This document shows positions 1 through 13,870 of a stretch of DNA of 64,000 nt, piece after piece (the stretch's first letter is position 1; every line of letters starts with the position of its first letter). Origin of the DNA: Trichoplax sp. H2 (taxonomy: Eukaryota). Position numbers and translations under genes: made by a program. The stretch lies in NCBI GenBank assembly GCA_003344405.1, contig NOWV01000130.1, forward strand, positions 1 through 64,000, in the 5' to 3' direction. The notes under the pieces are model-generated. The model was not told the DNA's origin. It ran no database searches and worked only from the letters and a program-made list of their open reading frames with translations.

Positions 1-339
1 TAAATTAGTGGTGATCAAAAAGCACTGTTTTCTATTTGTATGATAATATATTGTAAGTAACTTATGAATTAATCATAGCCAATTATTTAAGAGGCAACGT
101 AGAAAAATTTTACTATTAACGCTTTATCTGAATTATCTGAGTTGTTGTTTTATAACTGCAGTAAATTATAACTACATGTTACTAAAAATCTGGCTGGTAT
201 ACCTTTATGATGCTGTTATTGAATATCGCAAGAGCTTAGGAAATAATAGCCAACATCATCAGGCAATATCGCTGAAATTGTTTAATTTAATTTAGGCTAT
301 TCTAGCAACAGTAGTCTACATAGTAATTACGGAAAGTAA
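1..339. repeat. Near-identical copy of 7579-~7916 (left flank of a TE insertion site)
   Basis: TAAATTAGTGGTGATCAAAAAGCACTG...GGAAAGTAA is repeated at 7579 with only a few substitutions. Confidence 0.9.
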
Positions 340-1797
340 TGTAATGAAATGAAATTTGTAGAGATCAAGCTACGAAACTTTATTTAACTTTGATTCTACT
401 TTCATTGCACTCCGGTCGACTTAACGCTAATACTTTGACACCAAATAAAATTTGGGGAAGTAACCGAACAACAATTTATTTCAAAACAAAAACGGAGAGA
501 AGTATAAACCGAACAACCGCACAAATACTTAGCTTTAAGTATTATTAAAATAAATGACAGACTTAAAATCTGTCAACGACCAAACAACCTTTCAAAAAGA
601 AGAACGTTTTAACTTACGATAATTCGACCCCGAAGGCCTTTTAAATTCAACAAGTTCTTCAAATAAAGTCTTCTTCTACTCTCCCTTTAAATTTTCTAAT
701 TGCACTATCATTTATAGGCTTCGTAGAGCCGTCTGAGGTATTTAAAACTAAACATTTGCTAACCAATCGCTCTTAAGATCCGTTTTAGAAAACTACTTTG
801 CACCAATTAAGAAAACAAAAATCATTCAAAGTTCAGACACAATTTACCCTACGATTCCCTTACAAAACACTATAAAAGTAACAAGCTAACTATAAAAATA
901 CATCAAACTTCATTTCTAACATAATTTCTATCATTAATACGCTATAAAAGTCTAAAAATCAACCTTTAAACATCAAGATTTAGTCATAAAAACAACATTC
1001 TACCCATTCTAACTACCTAACAATCAACACAACCTCTGCCAATTTCCATCTTATTTTCTATTTTCCTCACTAAATCTCCTAATGTGACTTCAAGTCACGT
1101 CATAAAATTCCAAAGTTTCAAATTCATAACAAAAAGTCCAAATCTCAAAAATCAACTCTTACGATATTTTTCATGAACAAAAATCCAAAAATTAAAACAG
1201 AAAAATTATAATTCAGACATAAATTAAAAATAAACCCGACCGGTTCCAAAACAGGAAAATTATATCGGACACAAACCCGACCGGTCCCAGAATCCGAAAA
1301 CTATATCGGACACAAATCCGGAAAAATTCGCTTTTTACAAAGATCACAGTAATCGCTTATCAAAAAATTTATATGACTACTACGACTACTTTTCTGACAT
1401 TAGTATCGCTTAGTATTCGCGAGTATTGACAGTTTATGTTTTAGCGTCAGATTGTACTGTAACTGTACGATTATAGACTACATTACAGTACTTTATCGTC
1501 ATGTTATAAATCCCCTTTCTCTAAGGATAGGGTTTTGCTACTAAGTCAAATTCCTTTACGATTTGAATAGACGATCAAACGCCCTTTCTTTAGATTAGGC
1601 ATTTGCTCTATAGGGCTACTTCTATAGTAATCTATATAATACCTTATAAAATAATGAAGAAGAAAAGATGGCGACATGATGATTTGGCAGGGTAAAACTT
1701 AAAGACACTATCACTTTGTAGGTATTTTCTATAGTAAAATAATGCTGATTACATACTAAAAACTACAAAGGACTCTACTTTTAGTCCTTTTACTACA
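340..1797. mobile_element. ~1.46-kb TGTA...TACA non-coding insertion element, probable 4-bp TSD GTAA
   Basis: Absent from the paralogous empty site at ~7913 (GGAAA-GTAA-TGTGATGTTT). Its right end (1620-1797) recurs at 8103-8280, followed by GTAA and the empty-site right flank. Interior is A/C-skewed with ~41-bp tandem units near 1232-1325. Confidence 0.65.
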
Positions 1798-1799
1798 GT

Positions 1800-2211
1800 T
1801 GTAAACATGTTGAAATATCGATAATTTCGATTAAGATACGATGATATCGTTCAGTTAGCCGCAATACTAGCCACAACAGCTGAAAATAAACTACAGATCC
1901 AAGATATTAAGGAAATAATAATGACGCTTCTCGACAATACGAGTGTATGTAATGCTTCAGAAAATGAATCCCGCTTTTTATACGTAAAGATCGATCCAGT
2001 GCAATGATATAAGCAATTGTGGCTGATTCATAAACGTTTTTTACCAGTATCATTTGTAACATGTCCGGACGAATTTCTAGGAAAGACTCAACGAAATACA
2101 CCAATGGAGTCTTCCAATTTAGGTATTGTCGGAAAAAAGGACTAAAACATTACTGAAGACTTCAATAACACCAGCTATATTAAGGAAATTGTCATAGAGT
2201 ATTGGCGGCAT
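1800..2211 (-). pseudogene. Decayed, internally deleted GPCR of the array family
   Basis: ATG at 2211 reads MPPILYDN...AGVIEVFSNVLVL and then hits a stop. A TM3 remnant IAYIIALDR lies in ORF 1907-2104. Cut off by the element ending at 1797. Confidence 0.6.
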
Positions 2212-2431
2212 GGATATTAATGATTACTACTGCATTCATTCCGTATAAAAGAAATGAAGATAATAGGACAATTTACTAATCGGCAGTAAAATATCTAGTT
2301 GAGCATTATACTCGTACTTGCGGCAATACGGAGATAAATTTAAAATTGAAGCATATAACTTTGCAATGAAAAGGTATTATAAAGTTGATTGAAATTTTTA
2401 ACTTCTAAATAATACTGTACAGTAGCAAAAT

Positions 2432-2510
2432 ATAAATTATAATTATTAACCTTCAATTTCATAAATTATAATTATTAACCTTTATTTTCATAAATTGTAG
2501 TTATTTATTA
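2432..2510. repeat. 29-bp AT-rich minisatellite, ~2.5 copies
   Basis: ATAAATTATAATTATTAACCTT(C/T)A(A/T)TTTC repeated. Confidence 0.75.
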
Positions 2511-3074
2511 ATATGATGAAATGTTTTTTGACCTTGACCTTCAATTAGTCTAAAACTATCGAAAAATATATCTAAATAATCATATTAATTTCCTAATTTA
2601 ATTGGGTATAAGAGAATTATATTTGCATAAAATCTTGTGTAATTAATTTCAGAACTCCTGAACTCGGAAGAATTAGGGATAGTTAAATGTTACCACAAAG
2701 CACAGTTAAACTGTTAACATGCAAAAAATCTTATGGTAATTATCTTAGCCTGTATAAATGTGTTACTGTATTAGATGATTATGATACTTTATTCTGTCAA
2801 CACATTGAAAGAACAAATGGCTTTTTAGCGCATGATCGATTGATTAAACTTGATACTACATATAGCTTTGGTTATTTTTATGGAGTCTGATTTAATAAAT
2901 TAGGTTGTGTATTACATTTCACGTTTGTTATTAGTATCATTTTCTAATGATATTGATACCATCATTGATGGCTGTAATGGTTTGCACAGAATATAGTATT
3001 CTAGTGGGCCACGGCTGATAATGAAACGGTGAAGTGCGGTACTTCATTTGCTCTTTGTAAAGATCTCATTTAAT

Positions 3075-3580
3075 TGTAGTAGCACAGTAGGGTGGCTAAT
3101 AGGACGAAACGGCGCACTTGTACTACTGTTTCTAGACTTGGATTCTCCACTTAAGCAAGTATCTAATAGCCAAATAAAGGACTATGAAGACTGTCTTTCA
3201 TATACGAGTTAAAGTATAATTATCCGGTTTATCTTGACCAGGTGTTAAATTGAGCTTTTACAGTCTAAAATTAGTATGTCTACTATAGAATGGAAGCATT
3301 TATTAAGAATAGTTTGTATAGAAGTAATTTGTGTGCAAATTTGTCTAAGTGGTATTATCCGGCTTATCTATATTCCTTTTCGACTATTCTTATGAGGAGA
3401 AGAAATTGGAAATCTTCTCTGACAGACAGGATTACCAATAAACGTTATTGTTCAAGGCTATTTTTTCGGTGTTAGTTTCGTTTATCACATTGAGAAATTA
3501 ATCAATTTTTGTTAACTCAAATTTTGGGTTACGTAGGCGAACCAACAGTAATAGCTGGAGGCTATTACTCGGTCATTACA
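3075..3580 (+). mobile_element. Solo-LTR-like element, family C
   Basis: Homologous to 40381-40912 and ends GGTCATTACA. Internal AATAAA. Left boundary and TSD not resolved. Confidence 0.7.
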
Positions 3581-4599
3581 ATTATTATATCAAGAATCCA
3601 AGTCGGTATAAGACCGTAAATTATTAAGCTATGAACCTAACGTAATAGCGATGAAGTTACTAACGTGACATAAATAATTAAATTTAAGTCGGCTATGAGC
3701 TTTCAATTCGAGAAATCGAATTGTAGCGCACAGATGGACAGAAGAATGCAAGCAGCACTGTGCCTTCCGTTGCAGTAAACAGTTTTTGATACTCTATTGT
3801 GATGAAGTATAGAAATAGCGTAAGAAAATACATTTTTATCCGCAATCAGATCTATAGAATTGAACTTTCAGATCTACGATCATTATAGTTACTGTTAGCT
3901 GATGAAATATTCAATTTTTATTCTAATGTCATCAGATTGTTACGTAATAGCAACAATTACAATAACACTTAGTTTCGACTTCAATTTTTATATTTTAATA
4001 TCACTAAATTATTCAAATGATATATAATGACGATATAAGAAGTCCTTCATTTTGGAATTTGTTTTAGTATTGTTTATTTATGTTGATCAATTAGGTCTAA
4101 AGAAAAATAAAAAGCAAACGGTAGAAGTATAAAGAGAGTGAAAACTTAAGGTCTAATCGCTATATTACTAGTTCAAGAAAACAGACTCGGCTACTTGATT
4201 TCATGGTACTCACTTATTTTGGCCAATTGAAATACAGGCTTTTTATAACATAATGCACCACTATATCTAATTTGACCGAGATTTAATTTCTATTTGATAT
4301 ATAATTCGCAGTAATTCAACTTAATATTAACATACATGCTCTCACTTTTTAATATGATTTTTAAAAATAATTCTTATATGCTAACTTACTTTCAGCACTA
4401 CAATTATCCAGTTATATTAACCAAAGTACTAAAGTAGCTGTAGTGGAGTTGGTGCATAAATATCAAGAAATCTATATTACTGGACATTTATTTAGCTCTG
4501 ACTGTTAGCGTTATAATGCTATGATAACATTATCGTACAATTAGTTTCACAATTTGCTATTCGATGCGTGCAGCAAAGAGGCGAAAGAACGAATTATGG

Positions 4600-5106
4600 T
4601 GTGATGTCTATCAGTCATAATCTCAGCCAATTGCAGTAGTATATTTGTAATGTTTCTAGTATGAGATTGGGATTCTCCAGTTAAGGTCGTAGCTGACAGC
4701 CAAATATAGAATTATATAGACTGTCTTCCACGTAAGAGTGAAAGTATCATTATCCACTTTATCTTAGCCAGGTGTTCAAACGAACTTTGCAGTCTCGAAT
4801 TAGTTTATTTACTATAGAATGGAAGCATTTATTTATATAGTTTTCATGGAAGTGATTTATGTGCAAATTTATCTAAGTAGTATTGTCTAACTCATCTTAG
4901 CCGTTTCCAACCGTTCTTATGAGAGAAGAAAACCAAAATTCTTCTCCAATGGATGGATGTATCAATAAACCTTGTTATTCAAGGCTATTTTTTCGGTGTT
5001 GACCTTCGTATGACATTGGAGAACTACTCAATTTTGCTAACTTAAATTTTGGGTTAGGTAAGGGAACCTACAGTAATAGCAAGAGACCATTACACAGTCA
5101 ATTACG
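4600..5106 (+). mobile_element. Solo-LTR-like element, family C (more diverged)
   Basis: Shares blocks such as GACTGTCTTCCA, ACTATAGAATGGAAGCATTTAT and TTCAAGGCTATTTTTTCGGTGTT with 3075-3580 and 40381-40912. Boundaries approximate. Confidence 0.65.
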
Positions 5107-5579
5107 CTATCTAATATTAGGGATTGCACTAACCTGTTTCATACCAGCTTATAGTTTACTTTCTGCTGATTATTAGTACTGTTGCATATGTAAACAACTC
5201 TTCAGAAATGACAAAATATATTTTTGAAATTATAGAGCCGTTTTACTGGTTGATAGCAATATTACGAATCATTATTAAACTCGACAAATAAAGAGTAAAG
5301 GCTTGAAATGATTTGATATACTACGCTTGTATATTGTCTTCATCTTCACTAGCTGCTCAAACTTAGATTAATACCGTTTTTCCTGCTTCAAGTGAGATAT
5401 AGGTAAGTGATTAGTGTAGTAGTCTTACAATTTACAATTTTTATTCCAATTAGTATGGCTACATCGTACTATGACGATAACTTCAATTGCATAATTTTGC
5501 TTAGGATATAACCGGATATACATCTAACTAAGGTATCATAGTCGTCCATGTATACCGAAATTGATAATGAAAATTTAAT

Positions 5580-6602
5580 TTAACGTAGCTTTCGGCAAGT
5601 TATAGACTTACCGTAAATTGACAATAAAAATATGACTGGATTGATACAGCAGTTACTTTGTAGGAATAACACAAAGATTATAACCAAGCTATAAAAATAA
5701 TCATTAAATTCTGCGAATGTAAAGTCAAAATAGCTAGAAATGCCAACAGCATAGGTAGGCAACATAGCTACAAGATTGGTAAAACTTAAGATAACAGCTA
5801 TAAATAACACTTTGTATTCATATTGAGGATCACAGTATTTGACTCTAGATGTAAATATTCTATTTCTAGCTGATCGCAATTTACACAAGATCATAATATA
5901 GAAAAACATTACCAAACCATACATCGTTCCACCAGAAGTAGACATGATCAATAGTAGAAATCTAGCTGACCAATGCCTTAGATAGTTAATAATACACACA
6001 TTATGATAACGATAGCTTAAACGATATGGCGGCAAGGTGGTATTATAAGCAATAATATTACCTGTAATACCTAATACTATACTTGATAGCCAAGTTATTG
6101 ATATAGCTATTGTAACAGCCTTGATAGACACAGGTGAGACACCAGAAAATGGATAAAACAAACGTACAAATCGATCGCTAGCAATAATTACCGTTATACA
6201 AGTTGATGTATGAATTGAAAGTATGTATAGAAATCTTCCAATATAGCAAAATGGATCATTTATCCAAGCTTCATAGACCATACTAGAATTAAGAAAATTT
6301 CCGAAATGTTTAGATACCGTTAGTGGGATAGATCGATAGTGTAAATCTGCTGCGGCTATAATTAGCAGATAAAACGATCCCAAAGTATCCGAAATAGCTA
6401 AATTAACAATAAGAATATAAAATATTCGATATCTAGACGACAAGATTTTACGATGTCGAATTGATTTTGTCACAGCATTCGCTTTTGGATTGAGGACACG
6501 AATGACTTTAACAAGAACCACTGGATTGGCGATCAGCCCAATAATGCTAAATAACCAGGTAATAGCTAGAGCAGCGTAATTGTTATAAAGTAAAGAAGCC
6601 AT
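5580..6602 (-). CDS. Intronless class A GPCR, LGR-like 7TM without ectodomain (340 aa)
   Basis: Seven hydrophobic segments; TM1 IAN, TM2 NLAISD..YLLIIAAAD, ECL1 W...PFC, TM3 SDRF, ECL2 YHNVC, TM7 NCCINPVIF. Confidence 0.93.
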   Translation of the reverse strand: MASLLYNNYAALAITWLFSIIGLIANPVVLVKVIRVLNPKANAVTKSIRHRKILSSRYRIFYILIVNLAISDTLGSFYLLIIAAADLHYRSIPLTVSKHFGNFLNSSMVYEAWINDPFCYIGRFLYILSIHTSTCITVIIASDRFVRLFYPFSGVSPVSIKAVTIAISITWLSSIVLGITGNIIAYNTTLPPYRLSYRYHNVCIINYLRHWSARFLLLIMSTSGGTMYGLVMFFYIMILCKLRSARNRIFTSRVKYCDPQYEYKVLFIAVILSFTNLVAMLPTYAVGISSYFDFTFAEFNDYFYSLVIIFVLFLQSNCCINPVIFLLSIYGKSITCRKLR

Positions 6603-7578
6603 GAAATACGATGATAGATAAAGCAGATCCTTAATCGCTCTGTAATCTCTATAAATTTATTAAATGTACTAAAGCTTGGTAAATGAATTGGCCGCTTGTT
6701 AATATGAAGTTAAGACTTTTATCCAAGTACATCAGATTAGCAACATATGCTTGTAGGTATTTAAAGGGCCTTACAAAAATGTTTTAGTGTTCACACTTTA
6801 GTTTTTTCGACAATTCTGGTTTCTAAAGTTGATATTAATAAATATCCTCAATCACTGCTTAATAACAAATTGAAACAATCTCTAGTTATAATAATAAAGA
6901 TTTAATGATTTCTATCAGTGTTGAATTTGATTTAGTTTTCGTAACAATCAGAATAAGCAAGCAAAACGTTACTGGGAAAGCTACTGTTATAATTCGATCA
7001 TTAGTTTACTATTAAATTGAATTAATCAAATATTCTCATTGTAAAATCCAGAAGAAGACACTGAAGAGCCCGTTGAATCCAATTTTATAACCGTAAAAGG
7101 CAAAATTTCTTTTTCAAACAATGCCAGTACTGATTTTAAATAGGGATTAAATACCTGCCAATGACGACAAATCTTGTTCTCGTTACGTGAATGAAACAGT
7201 ATCCGAGCAACGGAAATGGATATTTTTAATTCTTTTTAAAGGAATAGAAGACTGTCAAACCCATTATAGCCTAATAATAGCCTATTCAAAAGCTTCAAGT
7301 ATAGATCATATTATAACAAAAATATTTAAAAGAATGACCCCTGTAAATATGAAGAAAAAAATAGTATAAAAGATATTAATACTCTTTAGAAAGAGGATAA
7401 GAAATAACATTGTTCATTAAAATCTACTGCTATATATTTACGATGGAGCTATCAGAAGAATATTCATTACAATATATTTTTCTATAAAGTACAATCGCTA
7501 GATTAAACTATTTTTCCTGAATGCTAGTTACAGTAATGGATGTCACTTACCATTTATCATTTATTAAAGGTTGAGAAT

Positions 7579-8082
7579 AAATTAGTGGTGATCAAAAAGC
7601 ACTGTTTTCTACTTGTATGATAATATATTGTAAGTAACTTACGAATTAATCATAGCCAATTATTTAAGAGGCAACGTAGAAAAATTTTACTATTAACGCT
7701 TTATCTGAATTATCTGAGTTACTGTTTTATAACTGTAGTAAATTATAACTACATGCCACTAAAAATCTGGCTGGTATACCCTTATGATGCTGTTATTGAA
7801 TATCACAAGAGCTTAGGAAATAATAGCCAACATCATCAGGCAATATCGCTGAAATTGTTTAATTTAATTTAGGCTATTCTAGCAACAGTAGTCTACATAG
7901 TAATTACGGAAAGTAATGTGATGTTTAAATAACTGAATAAGTGTTGGGATTAAAATGAATAGTATGAATAACAAACTTGTCTTTGACTTCTTGTAATAAT
8001 GTTCATCCCCGAATGTTGCCGTCTTAGATCATTGTGAACTATTAATTGACCGCACTGATTATTGCAGATCCATTATCTTAAA
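7579..8082. repeat. Empty-site copy: duplicates 1-339 and 8281-~8451; ends at 20-N gap 8083-8102
   Basis: Direct sequence identity with both segments apart from a few SNPs or indels. Confidence 0.85.
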
Positions 8083-8102
8083 NNNNNNNNNNNNNNNNNN
8101 NN

Positions 8103-8280
8103 TTCTATAGTAATCTATATAATACCTTATAAAATAATGAAGAAGAAAAGATGGCGACATGATGATTTGGCAGGGTAAAACTTAAAGACACTATCACTTT
8201 GTAGGTATTTTCTATAGTAAAATAATGCTGATTAAATACTAAAAACTACAAAGGACTCTACTTTTAGTCCTTTTACTACA
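8103..8280. mobile_element. Right end of a second copy of the 340-1797 element
   Basis: Near-identical to 1620-1797, ends TTTTACTACA and is followed by GTAA. Confidence 0.8.
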
Positions 8281-8728
8281 GTAATGTAATGTTTAAATAA
8301 CTGAATAAGTGTTAGGATTAAAATGAATAGTATGAATAACAAACTTGTCTTTTGACTTCTTGTAATAATGTTCATCCCCGAATGTTGCCGTGTTAGATCA
8401 TTGTGAACTATTAATTGACCGCACTGATTATTGCAGATCCATTATCTTAAAATTGTGAACTAGCTCATGTACAGTAAATCTGTTTGTAGGTAGAAAATAT
8501 AATTGATTTTGCTTACGTTTCAGAAATGGCTATGTTTCGTAATAGAAATTTTTCTACTTTGAAACAGTAAAGATAAGGGAGAAATCTCTGGGCTTGTCCA
8601 ATAAAACTATAGTGCTGAATAGTAATCTGTACTCTTCTCATTATAACGCTATATATTGATCAAAGCTAGCGCTTTAAAATGTTATATTCACAAATATCAA
8701 CCAACACGATAACATTCTGACAAATAAG

Positions 8729-9353
8729 AAAATGACCGATGAATTAGAATAAGCAATAGCCTATTAGAAAAATGTGCTTAAATAAATATTTTATCAATAA
8801 CTTCTTCTATAAACTTATAGCGGATACTGCAAATTTTATGCGTCGGTGAACATCCTACAATAGTCAACTAGAGTGGGTCATTGCAGTGATATATACCGAT
8901 CACAAAATTCCAAATTTTAGAAAAAAATAAGGGCTTTATTGAATCTTATAAAAAGATTAACTACACACAGCTCTATTCTAGTTGAATAATACTACTAAAG
9001 ACTTCTAGAACGAACTAACTGAAGTTGCATGCTATTATGCTTTTCGTAGCATTCGCAGCTACAATCCGCATGGCAACCTTTTACCTTATTTTACACATAG
9101 TTAAATTATCCTTAGTAACACCATTCTATTGCGGACCATCATTAATTCGATATGGATATAACTACAGTATTTACGTAGACATTATTCACACCAGCCAAAT
9201 TACAATGAATTAACCATATCCTAATATATGACTTATAGTTCTATTTTTACCTATAACCTTATTAGTAACTCAACACCTTACTGTATATAGTTATCTGTAC
9301 TCTAGCATAGAGTCTATACCACTACAGTCTATAGTTATGGCTACCAAATATCT
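8729..9353. repeat. Duplicated contig end; allele-like copy of 9374-10593 lacking the 590-bp insertion; contains part of a family B LTR
   Basis: Near-identical on both sides of the 20-N gap 9354-9373. Single ATGAC at 9228-9232. Confidence 0.88.
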
Positions 9354-9529
9354 NNNNNNNNNNNNNNNNNNNNAAAATGACCGATGAATTAGAATAAGCA
9401 ATAGCCTTTTAGAAAAATGTGCTTAAATAAATATTTTATCAATAACTTCTTTTATAAACTTATAGCGGATATTGCAAATTTTATGCGTCGGTGAACATCC
9501 TACAATAGTTAACTAGAGTGGGTCATTGC

Positions 9530-10682
9530 AGTGATATATACCGATCATAAAATTCCAAATTTTAGAAAAAAAATAAGGGCTTTATTGAATCTTATACAAA
9601 GATTAACTACACACAGCTCTATTCTAGTTGAATACTACTACTAAAGACTTCTAGAACGAACTAACTGAAGTTGTATGCTTTTATGCTTTTCGTAGCATTC
9701 GCAGCTACAATCCGCATGGCAACCTTTTACCTTATTTTACACATAGTTAAATTATCCTTAGTAACACCATTCTATTACGGACCATCATTAATTCGATATG
9801 GATATAACTACAGTATTTACTTAGACATTATTCACACCAGCCAAATTACAATGAATTAACCATATCCTAATATATGACTGTGACGGAGCTCGCTCCGAAA
9901 TGAATAATATTTTGATCTAATATGTGTAACAATATTATTATGGAGGTTGCCGATCTCGACAACAACCTAGTTGTTAATTGAGTTTTGTTATTAATTATCC
10001 TAGTAATATACAGCGTGGATATGGTGTTAGCAATTAAAATGTCAAGCTGTAAAGATTATTATGTTAGTTAATAAGGTGCTAATTAATAATATTAATTTGT
10101 GACAAGTGATAAGTAACACTCGAGCTAGTCGAATCTATAGTAAGCCTGTTTGGATCTGTATTACACATTCTATAATTTAATGTGAAAGATTAGTACCGAT
10201 CTTATTTGTGTGACATATGAAACTGTATATAAGCTTGATCATTACTTTTTAATCTCAGTTCCACTAAGGCTAACATAGGGTACACTGGTACAAGCGTAGG
10301 CAAGCTAGCAATAAAGATCTTTATTAACCTAAACCTATCGTTTTGACTTGATTACTATAGTATAGGAATAAGTTAGTTTTCCCTTACTGAGGATCTCCGG
10401 AGTTAGTCGGAGAACCATAAGAGTAGATAGACTAGTTTAGGTACGTTCACGAAAGTTGTTTTGTGACAATGACTTATAGTTCTATTTTTACCTATAACCT
10501 TATTAGTAACTCAACACCTTACTGTATATAGTTATCTGTACTCTAGCATAGAGTCTATACCACTACAGTCTATAGTTATGGCTACCAAATATCTCTTAGG
10601 ATAAATATCTACCGTACCTTATACTAAACATTATACTAAACATGGCTAACAGTCTACAATCACATTACTAAGTTATATTACA
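9530..10682 (-). mobile_element. Solo-LTR-like element, family B, interrupted by a nested family A element
   Basis: Homologous along its length to 20222-20797. TTTATT (reverse polyA signal) near its left end. TSD not resolved. Confidence 0.65.
9879..10468 (+). mobile_element. 590-bp solo LTR, family A, perfect 5-bp TSD ATGAC
   Basis: TGTGAC...GTGACA termini. ATGAC at 9874-9878 and 10469-10473; empty site at 9228-9232. TATA-like TGTATATAAGC at ~10225 and AATAAA at ~10310. Confidence 0.9.
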
Positions 10683-11679
10683 CAATCTTATAATATAGGG
10701 CTGTATAAAAATAATTAACGAAAATTTCACGCCGTACCAGGCTGAAACCTATATATTATAACACGTTTACGCTATGTTGATAATACATGAGTTTATAGAT
10801 ACATCACTACCTATTTTGTTGGTATTAGGGCATATGATTTTGATTCTATAAATGTACGGTACATGTTAGCATTACAATCTGTAATGTGTTAGCTATAGCC
10901 TCTCTAATTTAGAAATCCTATTGTTATCAGCCTTTGATGATGTGACTATTGTTTTATAATTTGTGTGAGAAGCATGAATGATATTTAAAGTTAATGTATA
11001 AAGTAATACAGTGGGTTCGGCAACTTATCGCTCGCAAGTAAGAAGTCAGTCAGTCTATATTGTATCTGTCGTAGGATTTTAATAAAAAACTTGTAGCTGT
11101 CACGGAGTACCTTACTAATCGTGATATGTTTTTCAAGATCGAAGATTATCGAATTAAATCAACCCGAATATTTATCGCCAAATTCTATCGTAAAATTCTA
11201 TACTTATTGGTGACATAAAGTAGTAACAATTTTCCAACCATGAAATAGTAAAGTCATTAGTCTAGTCTGATAATTTTGAAGATTACATGAACGTTTTGGC
11301 CTACACCTTAAGATGCGTTTAATTATAAAACATAATTAGCTTAGGGACTAGTATAGAAATGAAATATAAGGATTTGTCAAAAGAATGTTTACAAACATAA
11401 CTACCTAGAAATGAAAGTAATTTTAGACTATAAAGAATTTAATTTAATGCAAATTCAATTTTGCGTTTAGCAAGTACGGTCAAAGTATAATACCGAAATA
11501 TGATTCCGTAGCGAACGATCAGAAATGAGTTCAAGGTATTTTAATTTTTGTAGTTTTTAATATATCACTATGAGACTTATAGTTAAGAATAATAGATGGA
11601 TCCGCATTAGAATCGGTTGCTTAGAATGTATTATCAACCTAACAAAAATCTTTATAGTATCCACTAAAGATAAGCAAAT

Positions 11680-12663
11680 TTATTTTAACTTTCGGCAATA
11701 ATCAATGGATTTTATATAAGCTGTAAGAAAAAGAGTAAAATTAAAGGTGCATGACGAAAGGGGTGCTTATATTCAATAACTTTTATATTAAAGTAAGCAA
11801 AAATATCGATAACGTATATAGGGAGTACGGCCAAAAGATTAGTACAACCCATAGCAATGGCAATGGATATTACTTTTCTTTCAAAACGTCGACTTATAAC
11901 TATTGCTGCTTACGAAGATTCTGTTTCTTATCGAACGTAATTTATATAATATTGCGATATAGAAAACCATTACTAAATTGTACAGTACAATATTAAGCCG
12001 AAAATTGATATGAAAAGTAGCATAAATCTGGCTGACGAATGCTCGAAATAATCAACAATGCATGAATTACGATAATCGTAAGACACCAAATATGGTTTTA
12101 ACTTTGTCATAAAAGCAATAACTTCACTTGAAATAGTGATCAGAGTACCAGTAATCCATAACAATGCTATGGATCCTATAGTGATCTTGGTTGATATAGG
12201 TAGAGGTATGTAATATGAAAAAAATGTTCGTATAAATCGGCTACCAGTAATAATTACTGTTACATAAGTCGACACGAAGAGCGAAAATATATATAGAAAT
12301 CTGTCGATGTAACAGAATGGATCATTTATTCAGAGTTCGTAGATCACACTCGAATTTAGGAAAACACGTGGATGCAGTAGAGTTATTATTGAGATAAATC
12401 GATATCATAAGTAGCTACTGCTATAATTAGTAAATATAATGATCCTAAAATATCTGATAAAGATAAATTTAGAATAAGGAAATGAAGCTTTCGATGTTTC
12501 GACGTGCAATTTTGACGATACTAAATTGCCGTTACAGAAGAAATAGCGCTTGACTTTAGAATATGAATAACTTTAATTAGGACGATAGTATTTGCAATAA
12601 TACCAAATGACCAAGTGACCATAATAGCTATATACTGTAATCGTTATATAGTAAAGATATCAT
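11680..12663 (-). pseudogene. GPCR pseudogene, close paralog of 5580-6602
   Basis: Starts MISLLYNDY. Has NLSLSDILGSLYLLIIA and a TM3-TM5 ORF (11973-12275), and ends CRKLK*. Multiple frameshifts and stops. Confidence 0.85.
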
Positions 12664-13870
12664 GCTGGATTAGGAGCTCATTAATCTTACCAATTAAACT
12701 TTTATTATAAATTGGATCACTCTAAATTAAAATTATGGCCAAAACTATCTCTATGAGAGCCTGCATTCAGTTCAATTTGATTGTATATGATAGTAAGTAT
12801 TCAAAATGCTGCCTATTTTAGACGATTGGAAATTTCTATTAAAGAAAAAGAATTATTGAGGCAATTAGACCAATAGAACGTTAAGGTTTCATATCTATCA
12901 TAAATTAAATGTTAGATACTGTATGTTAAAAACAACCAAAACTATTAACAATCAAAACAAATTTAAAAGAATACAGTGGGTATTGATTCTGACATCAGTA
13001 ACGAAATTAACGTTTTAACATCCTTTCTAAATTTCAAATTATTTTTACATAGACTGAATCATTAAGTATTAGCATTTATCGAATGCAGTCGAAAGCTTCG
13101 AATCTGGATTCGACGTCACTTTGAGGACAATCACTCTGTTAGAACTGTACTTGAAATACCAAAAAGATGAAGCTAAACAAAATCTTAGAATACCGTAACA
13201 AAACCCTTTTCATTTCAACAAATATTATTTGGGCGGCTAACGTAAATATATATTCTAGTCAACGATCAAAGGAAAAAGAAGATAAATAAAATAAAACTAT
13301 CAATTAATAGAAAGTAGCTACTTAATTACTTCGTTTGCTTGGCTACAATGAAAGCAACAAAATAATTTTTAATTCCTTTAATTGGAAAAGAATATGTTAA
13401 TGATACCAATTTCTTTATGAAAAACGATCATGCTGTTCGCCAAAGTCTCGACTTTAATATTAAGTCAATTTTTTTGGCATGGTAGATTGAAAAATGAGTG
13501 ATAAAAACTTCTACATTAATAAACCAAATATAAAACTGGTTTGCAATTTTCTGCACTAATTTTTTTGTCTATTTATTCTGATTACTCCTATCTAGGATCG
13601 TGACATTTAAGGAAAATACCAAATACTGATTGGAAATGGAGTCAATATTAAATCACAAATTATTTTTATGATAAAAATTATTAGATAATTCGGTATATAT
13701 TCTTTACAACATACTTAGAAGTAAACTATTGAAGTGGAAAACAGAAATATAATTGAATAGATACCATAGTTAGTAGAGATCGAAAGGAATTCATACCTGA
13801 AATATCGAAGTAATCTTCCAATCCTTTGTATCAACAGCAATAAAAATTTTATTAGTATTAGTAGTGAAAG

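Noticed and set aside
1232-1325. CRISPR-like or iteron-like ~41-bp repeats
   Set aside because: Only ~2 tandem units, no unique spacers, no cas genes, and a eukaryotic context.
9025-9859. Two near-identical 62-aa hydrophobic ORFs
   Set aside because: They are TTG-started ORFs inside a family B LTR duplicated across an assembly gap.
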